DNA from: Flectonema sp. DT1601
Lineage: Eukaryota
Reading direction: 5' to 3'
Length of the DNA stretch: 64,000 nucleotides
NCBI GenBank assembly: GCA_964019425.1
Contig: OZ025799.1
Span: 682,001 to 746,000 of the forward strand
The stretch's first letter is position 1; the number at the start of each line of letters is the position of its first letter. Below, piece after piece: positions 1-12,585 of this stretch. The position numbers and the translations under genes were made by a program. The notes below the pieces were generated by a model. That model searched no databases, was not told the origin of the DNA, and saw only the letters and a list, made by a program, of their open reading frames with translations.

Positions 1-329
1 TTTCTTTATCCATCCACGTTAACTGTTCCCTAGAAGGTGTTTCTCCGTGTAATAAGTCGTGTGGTTGGTGATATGTCGGAATACCTATTCCGAAGTTAAC
101 AACTCCCAATACAATACCGAGGCGTTGCATGTTGTAATCGTGAAACAGCTTTGGAAATACGAATCGAATTATCTTTATAAAGATACCCCACCTGACATAT
201 TCACTTTTAAAGACTCTCAGTATATTACGTGTCTTGAAATAGAATGGTTTTAAAAACAAAAACGCATTTTCATGCGGTTGGAACAATCGCGTCGGGTGAC
301 CTAATCACCTTTCCTTTGACAATTCGAAT

Positions 330-720
330 GATTTTAACTTGATAACTTCAGGTATTTTCAATGGTGGTAACACTGCTGAACATGATAAGAACTCACGTCC
401 ATTAGTAGTGACCAGAAAGATTAAGCGCATTGATTGAATAAAAGAATCAATTTTCCTATCGTAGTAACGCCGTTGAAGCCAGAAAGGTCAGCGATGGAGG
501 AACCATCCAACAAGAACATATCTCCAACAGTGGTGACATTATTAAAATCAAAGAAGTCAAGTAAAGTGATTCAACGACAGCTATACATGTACCATTTTGA
601 GTGCTGTCATTCAGGCTTGCTAGCACGGTGAGATGACGGGGCACAAAGTGATTCAACGACAACTAACATCTCTCAAATAACCGAAGCTCTTCTTCCACTT
701 CTAGCTCAGTGTTTGGATTC
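330..720 (-). pseudogene. Degenerate BspA-type leucine-rich-repeat gene fragment interrupted by a short insertion
   Basis: After removing the 580-661 insertion, the minus strand reads ITLLDFFDFNNVTTVGDMFLLDGSSIADLSGFNGVTTIG, resembling DLSGLSNVTTIGDxFL-type LRR units. Stops and frameshifts on both sides; boundaries approximate. Confidence 0.45.
563..661. mobile_element. 65-bp insertion (580-644) flanked by a perfect 17-bp direct repeat
   Basis: AAAGTGATTCAACGACA at 563-579 and 645-661. Confidence 0.55.
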
Positions 721-1425
721 ACTTTTTGATCAGTTATCCAACTGGTGTAGTAGATATCCCCGCCAGTCAACAAGTCGTAAGAGACTCATGAATAACAACG
801 TGGATTCTTAAATCTGCATACGCCACAGAAACATTACTATGACTGAAGATAAGAAAAGATAATTAATTGAGCATCGCAATACCAAAACCATTGCAACTAA
901 AAGTAGCAGATAACCCAAACAGATTATCAGAGCCAAGATAATGCCACTTATCGATATTCCACAAAACGACGTTTCATTTGTTCAGATTCTGTTGTGAGGA
1001 TGTAGAAGTAAAAAAAAAGGAATAATTTATTCTTGTTGCTATTGACAAAGTCACAAGGACGCTGCCTAAAGAATAAGCAGAAAGAGGTTCCATTGCTGGC
1101 AGCCACTGCGTTGTTTATTTCTGATACTTTTTTTCCCGTTTTTTTTTTTCTTTCTTCTCACCTTTTACTGGATTCCTTGCTTTATTTATTCTTTTTTTCT
1201 AATTTTTTTTTTTAAAAAAAATATATTTTTCCAACAAGAGGCACTGGGGGTGGTGGTGGTGGAGGGAAAACACTGAATGAAGACATATGTCAGTCGTAAT
1301 GGTTTCTGCGGGAGCGATATTTACATAAATTGGGAAGAGGGAAGTACCACCTTTGCTTAAATCATGACTACTATTTGCACATGTCCACGTACTCCGAAAT
1401 TAAAAAGAAAAAAAAAAGTTATAAA

Positions 1426-2146
1426 CATAGATGGAAGTGCCCTCCAAATTTGGAGGGCGCCTGGTGAAAATCAGCCACAAAAATTTGTAGGGCCAAAATA
1501 GGGCACTGGAGGGCACTTTTTTAATTAAATTTAATATAATGCCGAGCTCATTTTGACATACCCCTGCCCTCAGCGAGGGTCGAAACGCATCTTATTTGAC
1601 TTTTCTCCGGTTTGCCCGATCAAATGCGTCTCTGGGATATCAGTTTACTTGCTACCAGTAAACTTCTTTTTTTTCTCACAAGGTACCGTGAAGACCGGCC
1701 TATTAACAGGTTAGCAGGAACGCATTCTCCCTCCTCGAATCCCTCTATATTCGACTCGGTGCATTCTGCGGGCTAATCAGCTCCTTGCAGATCTGGGATG
1801 CATCGTCCACTGAAATGAGCTTCAGCTTCAAGGATTGCAGCAGGCTCCGGAAGCTCTCAAGGAGTGGCCCATCGTTTTTGCCATTGTTGACCGCCGAACC
1901 ATGACCTGGAGATCTTGGGTTCGAACCCCGTGACACCCTTTTTTCTCTTTTTCGAAAGACTGCCAAGCATGTCAAAAAAAATTTTTTTTTGGCTTCTGCG
2001 TCAAAATACTTGTGCGTCAGTGTAAGTCGACGTCAATTTAGCTGTCTTATAGTAATAAAAAAGGTAAAAAAAAGCGCCCTCCAAAATAATATTTATATTA
2101 AAAGCGCCCTACACGCCCTCCAAATTGTAGGGCACTTCCATCTATG
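1426..2146. mobile_element. Non-autonomous DNA transposon (MITE), 721 bp, ~34-bp TIRs, 6-bp TSD
   Basis: Left TIR CATAGATGGAAGTGCCCTCCAAATTTGGAGGGCG (1426-1459) matches the reverse complement of 2114-2146, with the first 18 bp perfect. TATAAA on both sides (1420-1425, 2147-2152). Subterminal GCCCTMCA repeats and a GC-richer core. Confidence 0.85.
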
Positions 2147-2692
2147 TATAAAGATTAAAAATAATATGTATAATAATAATAAGTTCTAAAAATAAAGAAT
2201 AATGTTACCAACAGCTTTTTTTTCTACTGGACAGAGATTTGTTTCTCCATTTTTTTTTTTTTTTTTTTTTTTCAATTAAATATCCTCAAAAGTGTTAAAC
2301 GAATGTTTTTTTTTTTTAAAAAAACTTTTTCCGTTTAATTTCTTTTTTTTTTTTTTTTCCCATCTCTCTCTTTTTTAATTTTTTTTTTTTGAGAAAACTT
2401 CGAAGCATTTGCCCATTCGAAAGACAAAAAAAAAAAAAAAAAAAAACAACAATTGTGGTGAAGAGCCACCGCCAATTGATGATAAAAAAAGAGTTTTAAG
2501 TATGACCGACACCGTCTGAATCCATCCAAGTAACTGAAAGGTTAGGAGAACGTCGAAGGCCATTTTAGTTTGACCGTATTTAACTTTTTCTTTTCTTTTT
2601 AAATGCTTTTAATTTATCTTTAAGGTTGCAAGATCATATTAATGATATGGAGCGAACGGGCTTTAAGGGAAGGGAATGGAAAAGGAAAAAAA

Positions 2693-2832
2693 GTCGGCAA
2701 ACTTCACTTTTTTACTTACTCACTCACACTTTTATTTTGTTTATGCGCAACCGGTACAAAATCCTAATAAAGGAATAGGCTAGTTACGCTGCCACAATTC
2801 TCTTTCTACCGAACAAATGGGTCTGTAGGTAC
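2693..2832 (+). repeat. Dispersed ~140-bp element, family A, copy 1
   Basis: Near-identical to the reverse complement of 50944-51082. Core motifs TGCGCAACCGG and GTTACGCTGCCACAATTCTCTTTC. A-runs on both sides. Confidence 0.85.
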
Positions 2833-4221
2833 AAAAAAACTTTTTGCCGTCTCTGAAAAAAAAAGAAAAAAAAAGAAAAAAAAAGAAAAAAAAAGAAAAA
2901 AAAAGGAAAAAAAAGGGAAAAAAAAAACATTCTACTATCAAAACAGCTACATTTACTCTTGTTCTTATTTCAAGAGTGCATAGACAATTTAAGGTCTTGA
3001 CTAGGACCAATAATAAAAAAACGACTTTATTAATAGTTGGGGAACGGGAGGAAAGTATACCTCGGGAATAGGGCAGGAGCCAAAACTCTCCCAGTCCGTT
3101 ACTTCCCACCTTTTCGAATTCATTTGTGCTACCTGCAGTTTGATCCCTTTTGCTAGGGAAGAATGTTGCTTACATATGCGTACTTGCTACGCTATTTTCA
3201 ATTAAAAAAAAAAAAAGAAGTGACAACAGAACTGAATGTGGAGAAGTACAATGAAAAACCCAATAAAAAAAAAAAAAAAAAAAGAAAATAAATGAAATAC
3301 TGCTCCTGTAAAGGACGCAATCGAGGGTGTGGGAAATTCCTCTTCTTTTCTTATTTTCGTCGGGTAGATTCCATACTTTTAAAAATTGACTGAAAGGCAA
3401 CGAAAAAAAAAACCTCATACGGTAATCCACATGTTACTGTCTCACAACAAGGTTTTGAGAATTTTGCGAAAAAAAAAAAAAAAAAGTAACAAAATAACTC
3501 AACTGAAAAAGAAAATGATACCACCTTTGTAATAGTAGTCACTAATACCAATCAGGATGACCATATAATCAATTTCATAACAACAGCCAATCAGCAGAGA
3601 TGGCTCAAAAGAGGTTTCCTTCATTACCTCCTTCGAATGAGGAGGAACGTTTTAACAAGTTCATTAAAGTGATAAAAAAAGACAAAAAAAAAAAAAAAAA
3701 AAACACGTAAAGAAATATTTAAAAAAATGTCGGTGACGATATTTCCAACCTTTTCGGACTGCTAAGGAGGAATGCAGTGGGTAATGAGTGCTGAGACACT
3801 CAACTGCTTAAAGAGGATTCTTTGATAGTTCGCCACCAGAAGCGAAGAGGGGAATCTGAGAACGGGGAAGATGTATGGACACGTCCTGATCGCTTGTCTC
3901 CAAAGGAGCTTGCAGATAGCATTCTTAAGAGCGAGTGGAGTTCGCGCAAAATAAAATAAAGTAACGTGAGCTGGACTGTGTGTCAGATTAAAACAAAACC
4001 AACCCCCGACAATAACAATGACGGTACAGTCAATTGTTATCTGACTATTTATATCTGTTTTCTTGGGATGGACACAATTCTTAATATTCTGTTTGAAATA
4101 ATTAACTACAATTATCCATGTACGCAATCCTAAAGGGAGGGAGGTGAGACGGGTTAATTTCGATTATCAGAAGGATAAAAAAAGTAAATTAATAATCTCT
4201 TTGTGTGTGAATGAGATGTTT

Positions 4222-6822
4222 TTATTTGCTCGACATGTCCCAAATACCGTCCCAACCCTCCTTTGGTGCGATATGTGGATCATCAAGGAATAGCTGAACC
4301 CTCGGGATTAAGGCTTTTGCGGTTAAGTCCCCGTAGTCTTCGTAAGCCTCTTTCCAGAGGGCGAGGGCTGCAGACCATTCGAGAGACTTGTACTTGTCGA
4401 GACCTTGTGAAAATAATTGATTTGCTTTTTGCTTAGTTTCGGACTGTGGGCCATCACATACTGAGCCTTGCAGCTCGAAAATCCTCACCGGGAGCTTCTT
4501 ACCAACAACACGAATACAGTCAACTTCTCTAGTGTGGAATGCTTCGCTAACATGTTGATACGTAAACTCCGTTATTAGAATGTGAGTTTTATATTCTTTT
4601 GTTGCTCCTTCCATTCTAGAAGCGAGGTTCACACCATCACCAATGACTGTGTACTCCATTCGTTTTTCAAAACCAATGTTACCAGCAACAACTTCACCAC
4701 TGTTGATACCAATTCCCATTCTGATTTCTTGAATTCCATTCGCCTTTCTATCGGCGTTCCAGGCTTCAAGGAGGCGGAACATTTCAAGAGCGCAGGAGCA
4801 CACTCGTTGTGCGTCATCCTCAGCTGGGAATGGGACACCAAAGACAGCCATTACAGCGTCACCAATATATTTATCAACAATACCACCGTGATCAAGAACT
4901 GATCCTCCCATGTGTTGAAAGTATTCATTCAATGTCTGCACAACTTCTGTAGCATCTAAGGCTTCAGAGAGACCGGTGAAATTCCTGATGTCAACAAACA
5001 GAACTGAAACAGGCAGTTGCTGACCACCAAGTTCAGTTCCGCCCTCAAGAGCAGCAGCTGCCAACTCTGGTGACATGTACTTCCCAAGTGTTGCCATCAT
5101 TTGAGCCTCATTACTGATATCTTCGAGTGATATAACGACACCTGTTTGATTACCATCAAAGTCACGAAGTGCCATAATTGTATAATTTATAGTCATCGAT
5201 TCTATTGTTTCTCCTCCTTCGTCGGTTTTCACGATCCGTTGGTATGTGAATTCTGACACGTGGCGATCTTTTCCCGTTTTATAACATTCTTTTATGTCGT
5301 CACGTAGCAGTCCGTTTACAAAAAGATCAGTTCCTGATTTGGAGCCACTTCTCCTTCTTTCTTTAATGTCGACGGATTTGCGCTTCTCATCGTGGCGTTG
5401 GAACCATTCCTGGTAAGGTCCTTGGCGCATTCTCTCTTCACTAATTCCGAATCCAAAGTCAAGCGGATCTCTGTTAAGAGTTAGTATAAAACCATTCTTG
5501 TCAAGAGTGATAATTAAATTCTTTATAGATGCCAACACCGACATGAACAAGTTTTTACTCTCCTCAGTCCTCTTAAACAACAGAGAATTTTCAATTGCGA
5601 CGGCTGCCTGAGCGGAGAAGGCTGCCAACAGTCGCTGGTCATTCTTCCCGAATGCAGAACCGCTCTTTTTATTAATCATTTGAGTGACTCCCAAGACTTC
5701 ACCTTTCCTGTCAATCATAGGCATGCATAACATACTGCATGTACGGTAACCAGTTTTTTTATCAATAGACTGATTGAATCTTGGATCTGCGTAAGCATCA
5801 GGAATGTTAAGAGGTTCACCAGAGGTAGCAACAGTTCCAGCAATCCCAGCAGAACGTGGAATACGAATCTCATTTGTACCATCAGCAACGGATGACCAGA
5901 GCTCATCAGTTTCTTTATCGACGAGGAATAGCGTTGATCTATCAGCTTCTAAAAGGTTTCTTGAGACTTGCATGATTGTTCTAATTAGGGAATTCACTTC
6001 AAGTTCTGAAGCAAGTCTACGAGCAACATCAAGAAGCACATCAACTTGATTCTGACTACTCTTTAACTCACCTGCTGTTTTTGAAGCTACTAAAACACGA
6101 CTTGCTGCTAGAGAGTGTGCTTCAATTGCTGTAATATCTTTGGGTGAGTCAGTCACGTCATCTGCAGAGATAACAACTACTGCAATTACTTCTCCATTTT
6201 GGAGAATTGGTGTTGCGACTACTGCCGCATAAACATTATCTAAAAGCAGAACTTTATCAGCGGAAGTAACGTCTTCCTTAACGCTGTACTGTGACTTTAC
6301 TGTTTCGACACATCTTCCGATGGCGCTGTCACTTCGGACAGGAGTTCTGATTTCTGGTTTTGACGGATCGTAAAGAACATTATTATCGATATCTCTTAGA
6401 AATAATTGTGTTGATCTACCTGAGTAAGCAGCTGAGATTGTTTCTGATATGTGAGTGTATAATTCAATGGTTGGTAAATCTAAGTCAACAATATCGAATT
6501 TGCAGACTGCTGTGTTTGTGGTTGCTGGTTCTTCTTTCGTTGTAGTTCGATTCTGATTACGAAGTAATCTTCTGATTTCACGTTTGCGTTGTTCTGGAGT
6601 CATGTTTTCCATGGCGTCGATCATCATGTCTTCATTAGTTGGTAAGTATTTCCCTTCAGCTAGCTCTTCGTTGCAAGAATCTCTTATTTCAGTGACAACG
6701 CTTCTTGGTGAACTCGGCTGTGCCGCTAGTACTCTCTTTAAAAGTCTATCAACTATCCGAGGTAGGCCTACCTTCCCCATGTATTGAGCATCGGGTGTCA
6801 GATCCTTCGGAACGACGACCAT
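4222..6822 (-). CDS. Soluble class III adenylyl cyclase: RIIa/Dpy-30-like N-terminus, GAF-GAF-PAS-cyclase, TPR-like tail (CyaB1-like architecture)
   Basis: 866-aa ORF. GAF motifs ADRSTLFLVD, DAYADPRFN, TGYRTCSMLCMP and INKK..F..ND. Cyclase motifs VLFVDIRNFT, DKYIGDAVMAVFG and EYTVIGDGVNLASRMEG. Confidence 0.92.
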   Translation of the reverse strand: MVVVPKDLTPDAQYMGKVGLPRIVDRLLKRVLAAQPSSPRSVVTEIRDSCNEELAEGKYLPTNEDMMIDAMENMTPEQRKREIRRLLRNQNRTTTKEEPATTNTAVCKFDIVDLDLPTIELYTHISETISAAYSGRSTQLFLRDIDNNVLYDPSKPEIRTPVRSDSAIGRCVETVKSQYSVKEDVTSADKVLLLDNVYAAVVATPILQNGEVIAVVVISADDVTDSPKDITAIEAHSLAASRVLVASKTAGELKSSQNQVDVLLDVARRLASELEVNSLIRTIMQVSRNLLEADRSTLFLVDKETDELWSSVADGTNEIRIPRSAGIAGTVATSGEPLNIPDAYADPRFNQSIDKKTGYRTCSMLCMPMIDRKGEVLGVTQMINKKSGSAFGKNDQRLLAAFSAQAAVAIENSLLFKRTEESKNLFMSVLASIKNLIITLDKNGFILTLNRDPLDFGFGISEERMRQGPYQEWFQRHDEKRKSVDIKERRRSGSKSGTDLFVNGLLRDDIKECYKTGKDRHVSEFTYQRIVKTDEGGETIESMTINYTIMALRDFDGNQTGVVISLEDISNEAQMMATLGKYMSPELAAAALEGGTELGGQQLPVSVLFVDIRNFTGLSEALDATEVVQTLNEYFQHMGGSVLDHGGIVDKYIGDAVMAVFGVPFPAEDDAQRVCSCALEMFRLLEAWNADRKANGIQEIRMGIGINSGEVVAGNIGFEKRMEYTVIGDGVNLASRMEGATKEYKTHILITEFTYQHVSEAFHTREVDCIRVVGKKLPVRIFELQGSVCDGPQSETKQKANQLFSQGLDKYKSLEWSAALALWKEAYEDYGDLTAKALIPRVQLFLDDPHIAPKEGWDGIWDMSSK

Positions 6823-9800
6823 CTTTTGGTTTCGAACTGAATTCTATCGACACCGATAGTTGGATACTGTAAGAAGTAAATTAAATAATATAATAAAAGA
6901 CTTCCTCCACACAACAAGCATCAGCAAGGCGCAGCAACGTCATTATTCCTTTTAACTTAACAATATGATTAATTTAATTGTAATATAATAAATTTATCAA
7001 TTCTGACTGACAATAAAAAAGACACAAAACGTGCAGGGGGATTGAGTGAGGGGGTGAACACAAAATACCTACTTAAAAATAAATTAGGGACAGGAACTTT
7101 CTTTAGTTGGTTGGAATTTTAAACGGCTTAAAATATATGAACAGCTTATGGAAAGTAACTATGGGAGGGGGTTGCGCAGCTAAGAGAGAGATGCTGTCAT
7201 ACTAGCTGACAGCGCCTCATTATTCTCGTTTTTGTTTTGCTAGGCAATCGTACAGAGAAATCCGTTAAAAACAGAATCACAGTAACTTAAACAGAGCAGC
7301 GCGTTATCACTGCGTACGTATCTCTTTCCCACGTGGATCGAGATGCATGAGAGATCCTTAGGGAAAGGAACTGACAAAATAAAAAAAAAAAAAAAAAACA
7401 AGAGAAAAAGGAATTACTGCATAACTTAATCGCGTAATTATAATATCAAAAACAAAACAGAAAAGATAACAGGAAAAAGGGGAATGCACTTTGCGTTGTT
7501 CGATGCACGCATATAGTGCTACTTGTTTGTTTTGTTTTTTGTTTTGTGTGTTTTTTGTATGGATGCAAGTCGAACTCCAGGAGACCAGTCACCAAGACCC
7601 ACTGCTTGCACCAGGCACACAGAAACATTTTCTTTTTTCTGTTGCTGTTTGATTTGGGGGTATTGCAAGAAGAAGAAGAAGAAAAAAAAAAGAAAAAAAA
7701 AAAAAAAGAGTTGGCTTTATCGTTTCTTCATAGGATTCTTTGTTTTAGTACGAGCCATTAATCCGACGAGAAACAAAAAGAGGACTAATGAGTGCTACCA
7801 ACATTCCTCGTCGCTAAATAAAAAAGTAAAGTAGTTGCTGTGAACTATAGATTAAATATTATATCAGTTTAAAAAAAAAAAAAAAACTTTTGCGACTAAA
7901 AAAAACACCATTTTCACTGCCTGAGCAAGGATACACATGATATTCTTGAGTATCTGCTCATTTTTTTTTTTCTGTTGGGCCAGCAGTGTCACAATAGACC
8001 TTTTGATCGATTTTTAGTTTTAGTACTCGTCAACGGTTGAGCTCAATTGAGTAAATCACAAAATCTCTTTTCTCATTCAGGTGACAAGTTTGTGATTCCC
8101 GATTTCCGACGGAAATGGACCGAACGATGCAGTGCATTAATTTCTTTTTTCTTTTTTCCGAAGAATTTAGTCTCAAAAAATAATTTTAACTGATATGTGT
8201 TTTTAACTTTTTTTTTTAAATATGCTTTTTTATGTCTTATTCGCGTTGTACCAGATACCTGCTTTGCAGTAAAAGCCATGAATTTCACCCATGTGGGGGT
8301 CTCAAAAGTAGTTGCTGCAAAATACCAGCAAAACACCAAAACTAAACAGACAACTAAAAGAACAAAAAACTGTATAGTCCAAAAAAAAACAAAAAAAAGT
8401 AAAAAAAACCGAACTACACTACCTTAACGTGAGAATGCAACCCTTCAGCATGCATTCTTTTGAAAGATAACTACCGTCTATGTTCTTCACAAGGCATCCA
8501 CCTCGTGAAGCACGATGTACTTTTCGCACAAAGCAAAACAACAACTTAACACGGTAGTCTGATTAATATTATTGCCAACTAGCTCAGCAGCTTTCATGCG
8601 TATTGCTAATTGGGGGCACGGGACACAAAGACAAAAAAAGAATTGCGCGCACGATGTGGACCTCTGTTAGAAAACCCTCCGGGAGAAGAGAAGAAGAAAT
8701 AACGAAAAGGAGGTTTGTGTGTTCTCTTTACTCACCCCATACAACAAGCAAATTGCTGGTTCGGGCCAAGGCAAGTAAGAAATGATGGAAAGGGAAAAAA
8801 CGACTTCGAGGCCTGAAAACAGTTTCACAGAATCGAAAAGATTAATAGCACATTGAACTGACAGTGATAAGTAGGACAACTATTGACTGGCTTGGGTTCA
8901 TAAAGCTACGACCAGCATGCGTACATACCCAAGGCAAGGTGAAGGTAAGATGCTCACGATACTTCAAAACACCAAATAGTTCATCATCAGAATCACATTA
9001 CTTTTCGTAAGTTGTTCAACAGAATTTTTATCTGACAACGTTCTAACAATGTGAACTCTTTTGTGATGAATTTCGGCAGTTATTTGTTTGTGCGAGAGCA
9101 GGTTCTTTTTATTGGTCAATCAATTTGACCCTGCTTCAAATAAAGAAAAAAAATAGGGAAAAAAAATAAAGAAAATAATACTTCTTCTCAGCCATCAATG
9201 TCACTGGCTTGAAAGAGAGCAAAAAACGGAAAACTCTTTTGATTTGCACGCTAATAAATTATGAGCTGAACATTGGTGTTTATTTGTTTATGGAAGTCAG
9301 GGAAATCAATCACCAGGATAAGCTGGTTAGGTATCAGTCAGTTTGATATACCTAAATAGTTAAGAGGCTCACCGATGATAATGAGTTCATCCCAAGAAAG
9401 ACTGACAGGATTCCACATGACGAGGTAGCAGATCAGACACAGACAGCTAATTAGTAACGTAACACAAAAAATAGGATTGGCGCTCTTCATAACTGTTTGC
9501 CAGTGATCGGTGTACGTGAAACTCAAGTCAGGAGTGAACAGAACCACTTTTTATTATCTGAAGAACAGAACATTAGCAGATTACTCGTTTCGTTCAACTG
9601 ACGGTTCCGAGAGAGGAAGAAAGTTTGCGAAAAGAAAACTCCGGTACGGCTGTGCTTACCTGTTCAACAACGGTATAGTTGCCTAGAACAACTGCAAACA
9701 CAAGCCAAGCGCGCTCTCAGTTCAAACCAGACGCCTTCACTACTTCGCAATAGAGATGGTAGCTAACCATTACTTAGACACACTAAAGTCATACACGACT

Positions 9801-12585
9801 TTAGTTAAGGTTCTGTAGAAATCAGAAGAACAAAGAACAAGTTGAATCGAAGCCACGAAAAAGATTTTGGAAAGCAGAAGAGTCTCCAATGGAGAAACGC
9901 GAAATGGAATGTGTTGCCGCTTTTCGCTACCTTACAACAACAGACTACACTTTGAATAAAATACTAGTCATCTTGTATTCAAATTATTTTATAGTCTGTT
10001 ATCAGTAAGATAGTATATGTAGAAATGGTTGGGCAGGTAGATGATTGACTGCTGAACCAGTTCTTCGACTTCTGAACTAGTCCCAGAAGGAAAAAAAAAA
10101 AAAAAAAAAAATGATATTAATTTGTACTGACTATAAGCGTGACTATGACGCCTTATTATCAGTGCTATTGCTTGAAAATAAATTTGTTTGGAAAATATCA
10201 GAATAGTTAGTACAGAAACCAGTGAGCAACAAACAACGGATTGCTAGCTACGGGGAACTAACTAAAAAAAAAAAAAAAAAGGAATGCTTTAATAGCAGGA
10301 AAACTAGTAGTTTGTTGGGGATTTGTTATTGATTTGAAAAATATGAATGTCACAGAACTTTTTGCGTCCAATAGTGTACTAGTTTTTATTATAGCCCTGC
10401 TTTTGGCAAATCGAGTGGAATTTGTTCCCAGTTTTTTTTTTTTTTTTTTTGAATCATCAGATGTACAGTAAAACTTTACTAAGAAGAGTGTCAGAATTAA
10501 GAAAAAGGATATCGGAGTTATCACTGACATGGTTATCCTTTTTTTTCTATTTGAAAGAAACAATAACAAAAAATATTATTGTTTAGCTACTGTTGACACA
10601 CTCAAGTATTACGATACAGTTCGTCACAAGACAGTGACCGCATAGAAAGAAGAAAGAAAGTTATCACCAGACTCCATACACAATGGGAGTGGGAAGGATG
10701 GGTCAACCGTAAGTCCGCACTGGACTGACGGCGTACAACAACAACAACACCAACGGGAGACAAAAAAAAGTCATACCATCTCACTGTAAGAAAGAGTACG
10801 ACGCGGGGCAAATAAAAGTGACAGAACTAAACCTATACAAAAAAAAAAAAAAAAAAAACAAGATCCACTACAACCAGCCTGTTTGCTGTTGTTCAACGTA
10901 GCACACTAGAATTGCAAGCAGTCTACAGTGTGATGCTACACTCAACCTACAAACAGGGCTAATAACTCTGCTAGTTTATATCACATCCAGAGACAGTACT
11001 CGTCTCTGGTATACGAACCAACTCGATAATACCAACACACTTCGATCAAAAGAATTAATAATAGGGCAAAGAACAAGAATAAAGTCCCTATCCGTTGAAG
11101 GCAATTTATTAGTTCCATTGGCTTCGTACCTTTGAACATCAGTAATCCACTTCTGGGAGGGAGACTACAAGGCACAACACGAAAGCTGCAAACACAAAGA
11201 CTTATAGATAGAAAAGTGTCATGAGAAATATTGCCGTGGGACTTATTATTGGCAAAGTGAATCTTGTCAAAGTCTGTTACGCAATCAGAGATTGATTGTA
11301 GTTGCAGAGAAAAGGATAACTTAGAACCTCACTCGTTGTTCTGATGTCACAAGGTGGGCTAAAAGCTATCGAATCTGAATATTACATATCTGAATATTGC
11401 GGACCTTCACACTATCACATTAACCAACACACGCAGTCTCATAAGTAGTGTTGTTTTTGAGCACTAAAAACGCCAAACTAATGTTTGTTGTATTTTTTCA
11501 GCCAACAAGATTGTTCAGTGTAAAATAGAAAAAAAAAAAAAAAAGAATCAGGAAAGTTGCAAACATAGAAAAAAAAAAAAAAAAAAAAAAAAAAAGCTTT
11601 AACGAGCTGCCATGCCCTAGGCAAGCTGTTGTAAGTTCGGCAACGCGATCTTGTAGAGTAGGGGGGAACTTAATGAATAAATGAACACAAAATAACTTAA
11701 TAACAACAGTTGTCTCGACGTTTGAATGCCAGACTGAATAAGATATAGTACGAGCGTAGCCATACCCGCAAGTAGTATAAGAATGTAATTTTTTTTTCCC
11801 CCTCTCCCTTTATTTTTTTTAAATTGATAGTTATAAGGTGAAATAAAACCTTCCCGATTTTAGAATCATTTCAGAGATTACTTACTTATCCGAGTACCGA
11901 ATGAAAGTTTTTTTTCTTCTTTTTTTCTAAATTTTTTTTTTAAAGTTCGTTTGTTTAGCGATTGTACTTTAACATGAGTTGAGATATCAAGAAGACCCCT
12001 CTTCGGGTGAATAAGTTACAACGCTACAGACACTGAACTCCGTCTAATTAAAAAGATCCTCACGAAAAAAATTTATGATGACTCTCTCCTTATCGTATCA
12101 ATTACTTCTACTGAATTTTCGTTTTTACAAATAAATCTAATCAGCGCTATCAATGAACCAAATGAGAAAAAATAAAAATAATTAAAAAAAAAAATAAAAA
12201 AAAAAGGCAAAAACACATATTTACATACTTAGATTGTTTTGAGTGGTTTGCCTAAAAACCACACATTAACATATTTATAAAAAATAAAATTACGAAGATA
12301 AGATACCCTCATAGAATCGAATAGGGAAAGACGGAGTCAATTCATATTGAAAAAAAAAAAAAAAAAAAAAAAAAAAGATGGTTCAGAAAGTTCCATATCT
12401 GGGATTTCTTCTGTCGCCTGCACGAGGCTTTTTTAAAAGGTTAGCGTTTAAAAAAAACTTTCAGAAAACTGGTACTCGGGGTAGACCTGAGTGAATGCTT
12501 CTCTCTTATGGATGTCGCAGGTTGTTTTATTTGCCATGCTATTCAGATTGAACAAAAAAAAATAAAACAAAAAACAACTCCTCTC

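Noticed and set aside
1860..1945. tRNA-like GGGTTCGAACCC followed by a T-run
   Set aside because: No acceptor, D or anticodon stems could be formed, and it lies inside the TIR element.
2335..3551. Short poly-Phe/poly-Lys ORFs here and in other spacers (e.g. 7446-8427, 39482-39943, 44428-46699)
   Set aside because: Translation artefacts of poly(A/T) tracts.
10205..10225. AGTACAGAAAC, a partial match to the reverse complement of the euglenozoan spliced-leader core
   Set aside because: The match is too short and lacks the rest of the SL exon and the donor site.
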